A DNA stretch of 64,000 nucleotides from a virus (taxonomy: Duplodnaviria; Caudoviricetes): positions 49,779 through 113,778 of the IMG/VR virus record IMGVR_UViG_3300003155_000119; one strand, given 5' to 3'. Every line of letters starts with the position of its first letter. Position 1 is the stretch's first letter. Positions 56,970 through 64,000 of this stretch are shown piece after piece. Under the pieces are notes generated by a model. The model did no database searches and was not told the DNA's origin. It saw only the letters and a list, made by a program, of their open reading frames with translations. Position numbers and translations under genes: made by a program.

Positions 56970-56998
56970 ATTATATCATAAAACAAAAGAAAAGTCAA
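56970..56998 (-). promoter_or_regulatory. sigmaA-type promoter overlapping upstream terminator
   Basis: TTGACT-17-TATAAT; hairpin 56991-57022. Confidence 0.8.
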
Positions 56999-57035
56999 TA
57001 AGCAATTTTACTTACTGACTTTATAATATTAAGCA

Positions 57036-57887
57036 TTAATAAGTTGTAAATTTATCATTTGCAAGAAAGTCATTTAACTCAATTAATTTATCATTAAATA
57101 GCATTAGATGTTTGCGGCCTAGCTCATCTTTACCATAATCGCGATACTGATGAAAATGACCCCAGCACCATGCGCTGTAGGATGCGCTTTGCCGCACTTT
57201 CTCCAAAAACCTTTCCATTGTTTTATCCACTACGTTTTGGTCTAGGTTTGGAATAAATAAATCAGAGGGTTCAAACGAAATAGGACAAGTATGCGATATA
57301 ATAAGGTCAAAATGCTTAATTCTGTGCAGAGGATAACTTATTACTTCATCCATTTCCTCTTGTGTAAGTTGTTCATCTTTAAACCATCTTAGTCCAGTTG
57401 CTAAACGATAATATTTATCAATAGAGTAAGCACCTGGAAGAGAGAAAATAGAATATCCATTTAAAGTAAAAGAACAAGGTCCGTCTGGCAAGTACCAGAT
57501 ATTAGGATAATTCTTTTCATAATAGTATTCAATATTGGTGATAGGGTCTGTTGCGTACCAATTATCATTAGGGACTAAATACTCATATCCATGGCTTTCA
57601 AGTTTATTACAGATATATTTATAAGGATATTTAAGTATCATATTGCTAATGCGTTCTTCATGATTACCTCTCATCACAAGAATTGTACAACCTAAATCGT
57701 TTATCTCTTGTTTAAATTCTTCCTCTCTTAGATTTCCGTTACAAAAGTAATTAGCGCCAAAGTCTCCTAAAAAAATAATGGTATCGGTTTTATCAAGGTT
57801 TATATTGCGTTCGTGGAGTCTATTAATGAAATCGCGCACTGGGCTAATTTCTTGATGTATATCTCCACATAAATAAATTTTGTTCAT
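57036..57887 (-). CDS. Calcineurin-like metallophosphoesterase
   Basis: CGDIH, LGDFG, RGNHE, GAYSIDK, ISHTCP, WGHFH; start reassigned to MNKIYL. Confidence 0.88.
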   Translation of the reverse strand: MNKIYLCGDIHQEISPVRDFINRLHERNINLDKTDTIIFLGDFGANYFCNGNLREEEFKQEINDLGCTILVMRGNHEERISNMILKYPYKYICNKLESHGYEYLVPNDNWYATDPITNIEYYYEKNYPNIWYLPDGPCSFTLNGYSIFSLPGAYSIDKYYRLATGLRWFKDEQLTQEEMDEVISYPLHRIKHFDLIISHTCPISFEPSDLFIPNLDQNVVDKTMERFLEKVRQSASYSAWCWGHFHQYRDYGKDELGRKHLMLFNDKLIELNDFLANDKFTTY

Positions 57888-58018
57888 AAAAATAGAATTC
57901 TCCTCTTTATAGAATTTACAATAGAAAAATGCGAAATGCGGTCTTTCGTTTCGGCGTTCGGGGAATTCAGTCCAAAGCGTTCCGAGGCTACGACCGCGAG
58001 TAAAAGAAAGAGAGCCCT

Positions 58019-58762
58019 TCAACTCTCCTTGATTAATTTAATCATGTACTCCTGAACTTCATCTTTGAAGGCTTCCCTATCAAATCCATCAGGGAGTGCA
58101 GTATAGAATTTTTGGCTATACGCCTTAGAGAGAAAGTCTTTAGTGTCCTCAAAGAACTGACTTAAATCCCCGTGTTCTTTTTTCGCTCTTGCCGCATTAA
58201 AAATATCTTCTCTTTGCGTATCAGTTGAGAGATATGGATTATAAATATTGTTTGAGCTAACGTTATTTAGCATAATTGCGATTCGGTAAAAATTCCTTAC
58301 CCCTTTCTCGTCGCAACGTTTAAGGTAAGTAAAAGCCAGTCCGTTTGCCGCGTTGAAGAATGAACTAGGATTATATTTCAAGAATTTTTCTCTCTCGGCA
58401 ATGAAGTATTTAAAGCTCCAAAAGTAAATTGAGTATTTAGTATATAATAACTCAATAGCATTAGGATTGGATTTAAGCAATTCATTCGCATAATTACGAA
58501 TGTCTTTAATGGTGCAGTGCTCGTTACTTCCATCATCCATAATTAACTGATGATTATTCGGAGAGTTGACAATAGCAAAATCTACTGTAGGAACGTAAAT
58601 ACTTATAGTATCAACATCTGACTCTGCGGTATCTAAGTTATAATTTTGAGAACCATGAAGGAAAGTGCCGATAATATATCCACCTTTCTTCTCAACATAG
58701 TCCCATGCGGCCTGATGATGTAGATTCACTCGTTCCATGATATAACGCTCATTACTTTTCAT
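58019..58762 (-). CDS. Nucleotidyltransferase (Pol beta superfamily)
   Basis: HGSQNYNLDTAESDVD catalytic motif; LLKSNPNAIELLY. Confidence 0.82.
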   Translation of the reverse strand: MKSNERYIMERVNLHHQAAWDYVEKKGGYIIGTFLHGSQNYNLDTAESDVDTISIYVPTVDFAIVNSPNNHQLIMDDGSNEHCTIKDIRNYANELLKSNPNAIELLYTKYSIYFWSFKYFIAEREKFLKYNPSSFFNAANGLAFTYLKRCDEKGVRNFYRIAIMLNNVSSNNIYNPYLSTDTQREDIFNAARAKKEHGDLSQFFEDTKDFLSKAYSQKFYTALPDGFDREAFKDEVQEYMIKLIKES

Positions 58763-58763
58763 C

Positions 58764-59426
58764 TTATACCTCATCTTTTCTACTAATAAATTTAATGTAT
58801 GTACCATTGACGCCTTGGTTCTTTATTTCTATTAGACCGCATTCTTTAAGTTTTTGGAATAGACTTTTATATACGGGTCTTGAAATTTTTGTGTCAAAGC
58901 ATAATTGAGAAATAGAAACAGAACCTTCGCCTTGCGGCAAGTAGTTTTTTAATTCAGAAAAAGCTTTTTGTTCTGTCTTAGATAATAGTTTTTCAATGTT
59001 TATGTTGCTTGTCTCTTGTCCTTTTATTTCTTTGATATGCGTTCCTTGTTCCATGAGTTTTAAATAGCTCTTTATGAAACTAGAACTTTCATAATTTTGA
59101 TACGCATATAAAAAATTGTCAAAAGCGTGTTGATAAGAAGGATTAATTCTAATTAAAGAGTTGTTTGCGGCCTCAATTAAATCTTCAAGGTATCCCGTCC
59201 TAAAGCCGGAACCATCGAAACCTATAGCAACTCTTATATCTGTTACTTTAAAGTATTTCTTATCTGGAGTACATTTATCTATTAATGGATATATATTTAA
59301 AAGTTGCTCGTATGTTGGAAATATAATTGCGTAAAAACAATTACTGTCATTAGTATTGACATAGACACATACTAAGTATTTACCGTAATCAGCCAAGGCC
59401 GCATCATATACTTCTTCTATTGTCAT
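58764..59426 (-). CDS. Protein with C-terminal CodY-like winged HTH
   Basis: LSKTEQKAF...EGSVSISQL...ISRPVYKSLFQKLKECGLIEIKNQGVNGTYIK parallels CodY LSYSELEAI...EGLLVASKI...[32 protein letters not shown]. Confidence 0.78.
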   Translation of the reverse strand: MTIEEVYDAALADYGKYLVCVYVNTNDSNCFYAIIFPTYEQLLNIYPLIDKCTPDKKYFKVTDIRVAIGFDGSGFRTGYLEDLIEAANNSLIRINPSYQHAFDNFLYAYQNYESSSFIKSYLKLMEQGTHIKEIKGQETSNINIEKLLSKTEQKAFSELKNYLPQGEGSVSISQLCFDTKISRPVYKSLFQKLKECGLIEIKNQGVNGTYIKFISRKDEV

Positions 59427-59452
59427 TATTATATTATCCTCCTTTCTATATA

Positions 59453-59481
59453 ATTATATCATTTTTTTAATTTTTTGTCAA
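59453..59481 (-). promoter_or_regulatory. sigmaA-type promoter at the divergent strand switch
   Basis: TTGACA-17-TATAAT with extended TG. Confidence 0.8.
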
Positions 59482-59576
59482 TTATGAATTTTTCTGGTCA
59501 ATTTTATTTTATCTTCTTTTCATTCTTTTTAAGAGAATAAAAGAGAATAATGATTAACAAGGAGGCCATATAAATC

Positions 59577-59861
59577 ATGATTTTAAATGGACGAGTGGGT
59601 CAAGTGCTTGGCCCTTTTGCTGCTAATGTAGATTTATTAGCAGAAGGCGGAGCTATTTCAGATTTTACTCCTGAAGCATCCGCACCCATTATCGAAAAAT
59701 TGGGAATACAAACAGATGTTGGCAATCTTATTGAAATTAATGGAGTTCAAATAAAGATAGGAAAGACTGGCATCTATGAATTAGACAATCGCGTTGCCAT
59801 TAAATCATTAAAATTTCCTAATGGCGCAAACGCAGATACCATAATTGATTTTGTCTATTGA
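59577..59861 (+). CDS. Small putative tail-fibre adaptor (paralog of 13947 and 16265 genes)
   Basis: KLGIQ...EINGVQIKIGKTGIYEL; AAGGAGG RBS. Confidence 0.75.
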   Translation: MILNGRVGQVLGPFAANVDLLAEGGAISDFTPEASAPIIEKLGIQTDVGNLIEINGVQIKIGKTGIYELDNRVAIKSLKFPNGANADTIIDFVY

Positions 59862-59884
59862 TTTATAGGAGGTGAAAATAGAGT

Positions 59885-62800
59885 ATGACAAGTTTTTATG
59901 GCGGAGGAGCCCCTTCTACAAGTGGAGGTGGGTCTACCCCTACTAAAGGTGCGCTTATTTTTAAAGGCACTTTAGGTATTTCTGATGACGGGGCTACAGT
60001 TCTTGCTTTGCCAGATACGCATGAAGAAGGTTGGACTTATCTAGTTGTAACAGCTGGAACATATGCTGGACAATTATGCGAAAAAGGCGACTTCGTTATT
60101 TGCGTGAGTTCAGGTGAGGCTGCTTCCGATTTAGACTGGACTGTCGTTCAAGGAAATACTTTCAGTACGTTACCAACTCCTACAGCTTTAGACGAAGGAA
60201 AAATTATTTCTGTAGGGGCTGATGGGAATTATATATTAATTGACAATCCTTCAAGCGGCGAAACAGAAAATTTACCAGACCCGTCTGAAGCAGATGAAGG
60301 AAAGATTCTTTCTGTAGGGGCTGATGGGAATTATATTTTAACGGATAATCCAGCAAAAGATAAGTTAGATAAAAATAATGGTACTGCAACAGGTACAACT
60401 ACTTTTGATAAAGCGCAAGCCAATAGCCTAGAATTATTAGTCGATGGAGAAAGTATAGGCGGGTTCCGTTCTATTGATTCAACTCTTGCTGTAACAGACA
60501 AAGGAGGAGATTCTGGCTTCAAATTTGTCCCATTGTCTATTGGCGAACCAACAAAAGACTCTCATGCCGCAACTAAGAAGTATGTAGATGATGAAATAAA
60601 GGATAATCTTTCTAATATTAATTTAGATGAATTACAAAGTTCTATTGAAGATATTAAAAATGAATAGCAGACATAGAATGAAAATATAAGCTCCATAAAT
60701 TCGTCAATAAATAATCTTTTACCAAAAGATAATCCTACTTATACGGGATTACTTTCTGGTGAAAATTTAAATATTTCTGGTAGCATATCTATTCCTATAA
60801 ATCCCGTTAATGATAATAATGCTACTTCTAAACAATATGTTGATAATAAATTAGAAGAAGAAAAATAGACAAGAGAAAGTGCGGATAGTAATAACTCTGA
60901 ATAGATTAATACTTTACGAGAACAAATTACATAGTTACCATATCTATCAAATAATGGAGATACAGCTACTGGTATATATGACTTTACAGGAGCTACTATT
61001 AATGTATCATAGCCAAATTCAGATAATAACGTAGCTAATAAAAAATATGTTGATACTAAAGTCGCAACAATACAAGGAAGCGGCGGAAGTGAAGTAAGTT
61101 ATACTCAAGGTAATGGAATTACTATTTCTTCAGAGAATACAATTTCTATTAATCTTAATTAGAATAAAGCTAATGGATTAAAAATAGACTCAGATGGACT
61201 TTCTTTAGAAAATGCTTCTTCTACTCAATCTGGTGCTATGAGCGCCACTGATAAATAGAATTTAGATACAGCAATACAAGATATTAATAATATAAAAGCA
61301 GGCTCAACAGATCTTCCATATATAAAAGATGAAAATGGCTCATTCTCTGGAACCTTAACAGGAGAAAACACTATCTTTACAGGAAGTGTTCAAATTAGAG
61401 AACCTCTTGAAGATAATGAAGCAACAAATAAAAGTTATGTAGATGATTAGATCAAAAATATAAAATTATCTTATTATACTCCGAATGTTGATGAAGATGG
61501 GAATTTAACTTGGACAGGAAATAACGAAGGAATGCCTCCTGTTGATAGTTCTAATATTATGGGACCTCAAGGGCCTAAAGGAGATTAGGGATAGCAAGGA
61601 ATTCAAGGACCAGCAGGAGAAAATGGCGCCGCAGGCGGCTTTGGTACGCCGACAGCCTCTATTGATGCGTCAACAGGATCTCCTTCTGTTACTGTTTCAG
61701 CATCCGGGCCAGATTCCGCAAAGATATTTAATTTCTAGTTCTCTGGTTTAAAGGGCGAGACTGGGGTAGGAGCACCTGGGAAAAACGGAGTTACTTTTAC
61801 CCCTACTGTCTTAGAAGATGGAACTTTATCTTGGACTAATGATGGAGACTTAGATAATCCTGACTCTGTTAATATAAAGGGCCCTCAAGGACCGAAGGGC
61901 GATACTGGCCCATAGGGATTATAGGGTGAAAAAGGAGAAAAGGGAGATATTGGCCCACAGGGGCCACAGGGTGAGCTTGGCGCAGATGGAAGAACTCCCG
62001 TTAAAGGAACTGATTATTGGACTACAGAAGACAAACAGGAAATAAAAGATGAGCTTAAAGGAGAAGTAGTTTTATCCGTTAATGGCAAAAGCGGAGAAGT
62101 AGAATTAGTAGCTGACAGCCTTCCTTTTAATAATATAGGCACTCCTTTTGTTTCCACTACCGTGCAAGACGCAATCGAGGAACTATTAGGTATTGATGGC
62201 GTGGCTGTTTCCACCATTACCGTAACAGCACCAGCTGGCGCTATTGTAACCATTTAGAAAGGCGTTAAAAAATACACTCAGACTGTTGATGAAGATGGAA
62301 CAGCGCTGTCCTTTAAAGTGCTGGAAACTGGTGAATGGTCTGTTACGGGAACGCTTAACGAGCAAAAAGATAGCGGCAGTGTGACCGTTTCAGAGATTGG
62401 CGGCGCTTACAGCATCACTCTTGACTTTGCCCCATATCGAGCTTATATCAAGGTTACCGCCCCAGATGGCGCTACTGTAAAGGCTACCAAAGGCGATAAG
62501 TCCGTGTCGGGTCAAGCATCTGGCGGGTCTGTAACTCTTACTGTCAATGAGGATGGTGAGTGGACTATTACTGCCTCTTACAAGGACGGTATTGCACAGG
62601 CGGCAACAGCCAATGTGCTGGAAGAAGGCGAAACCTACACTATAGAAGCAAAATTTGCAACTTTGACTGTAACAGCACCTGTAGGCTCTACGGTTGAAAT
62701 CAAAAACGGTGTTTCAACTCTGACTGGCACAGCAGACAGCGGCAGTATCAAGTTTTGGCTTCCCAACACTGGTACATGGACCACAAAAGCGACACTGGGC

Positions 62801-64000
62801 GAACAGACTGCCAGCGGCAGCGTGGACTGTTATGCATATCAGGATTACAGCACATCTCTTTCCTATTTCAGCGCCACAATTAAAGTGACAGCTGTTCAAG
62901 GCGCCACTGTAAAAGCCGTTCTGGATGGGCACACAGTAAGTGGTGAAGCCGGTTCCGGTGGAGTTGTTACTCTTACTGTCCTGCATCCTGGCAGCTATAC
63001 TGTTAGCGCAACTTACAAAAACGCATTGTCCAACAGCAAGGCTGTCCAGGTGAGCCAGTCTGGACGGGAATACACGGTGTCGGTGGAGTTTGTGACCCTG
63101 ACGGTCACCGCCCCGGAAGGTTCCACCATCACCGCCAAAAATGGCGCTACCACCCTGACCGATACCGGCGGCACCGTCAAGTTCTACCTGCCCAACATCG
63201 GCACCTGGACGGTGTCTGCATCCCTAGACGGAGACAGCTCCAGTAAAGAAGTACAATGCAATGTTTATCAGGACTATTTTGTTGAACTGGCTTATATACC
63301 CGAAACGCTGAATGAATGTACCTGGCAGCAGATTCACGAATTGTCTGCCGCAGGCAAGCTGAGCGATTATTACGATGTTGGTGATAGAAAAGATATTACG
63401 CTCAACGGCACAGTTGGCATTCTGAACCTTTCCAATCTTGTTATTACAGCTTTTATCATTGGCATCAACCACAACGCATCGTTGGAGGGCAACAATTTAA
63501 CCCATTTTGCATTGGGCAAAATCCGCGGCAAGCAGGTGGCCCTGTGCGACAGTCAGTACGACAACTATGGGAGCTCGACGCGCTTCCACATGAACAGCAG
63601 TGACTCGAACAATGGAGGCTGGAATCAGAGCTATATGCGGCGTACTATCCTGGGGAATACGGGCACCCCTGATTCTCCCCCGGCCAACAGCCTGCTGGCG
63701 GCTCTTCCGGCTGACCTGCGAGCCGTGATGAAATCCGTGACCAAGTACACGGACAACACAGGAAATAGCGGCAACAGCAGCGGCGCGGTGACGGCGACGC
63801 AGGATTATATGTTCCTCTTGGCCGAGTTTGAGGCATATGGCCGTCGGACGTATGCCAACGACTACGAAAAGAACAGCCAGCAGCAGTATGATTATTTTAA
63901 GGCGGGAAATCCCAAGACCTTTAATAATCATAATAACGTAGGCTCCGTGGTGTGGGCGTGGTCCCGCTCTCCTCGTTACGACTACTCCGATCTCTTCGTG
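59885..64000 (+). CDS. Long tail fibre / receptor-binding protein, over 1370 aa, 3' truncated (TAG=Gln)
   Basis: One frame to window end interrupted only by TAG (last at 62255-62257); repeated A(T/A)(K/N)KYVD motifs, collagen GPQGPKGD(Q)G(Q)QGIQ, VTAP.G..V repeats, DUF6273-like C-terminus GGWNQSYMR...WAWSRSP. Confidence 0.88.
60191..60352 (+). repeat. Direct repeat, two 60-nt copies 102 nt apart, in tail fibre
   Basis: DEGKI(I/L)SVGADGNYIL(I/T)DNP twice; TTCTGTAGGGGCTGATGGGAATTATAT identical. Confidence 0.85.

Noticed and set aside
60191-60352. Repeat pair as DGR TR/VR
   Set aside because: Both copies are coding within the fibre shaft and differences are mostly synonymous
60204-63931. Minus-strand track ORFs and the off-frame ORF 61542-61751 over the tail fibre
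   Set aside because: Explained by the continuous + frame of the fibre gene, most of which the track misses because of TAGs and the absence of a stop in the window
1-64000. Suppressor tRNA-CUA or other tRNA/rRNA genes
   Set aside because: No cloverleaf with a T-loop GTTCRA in a plausible context found by eye; tRNAscan-SE or ARAGORN should confirm

Overview
This is a 64-kb segment of a large AT-rich tailed phage of a Firmicutes (probably Clostridia) host. It uses an alternative genetic code in which TAG is read as Gln (code 15). The supplied standard-code ORF track breaks the + strand into fragments, but with TAG=Gln these join into full, tightly packed genes with RBSs, and every gene end I checked is TAA or TGA. 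Layout: (1) 1-16.5 kb, + strand, tail/baseplate/fibre genes rich in TAG; (2) 16.7-19.7 kb, + strand, a self-contained six-gene operon of unknown function; (3) 19.8-52.7 kb, - strand, a replication and nucleotide-metabolism block (ruvC-like, dut, nrdG/nrdD, EcoRI-family MTase, gmk-like, dnaE, RecD/Dda-like helicase, recJ, primase, dnaB, Sak4-like ATPase, SSB, thyX, ligA, gyrA/gyrB, rnhA) driven by sigmaA-consensus promoters, carrying two Ala-start (class 3) inteins, two ORF-less group I introns and free-standing HNH/GIY-YIG nucleases; (4) 53-55 kb, lysis cassette; (5) 55-59.4 kb, accessory genes including a CodY-like HTH fusion and a YaaL/DUF2508-like gene; (6) 59.6-64 kb, + strand, adaptor plus a long tail fibre whose GC-rich, TAG-free tip ends in a DGR-type variable region. 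TAG is absent from the core replication enzymes but present in structural genes, most lysis-cassette genes and all six free-standing DNase genes. No tRNA, rRNA or CRISPR array was seen. Family assignments rest on motif recognition from memory, not database searches.
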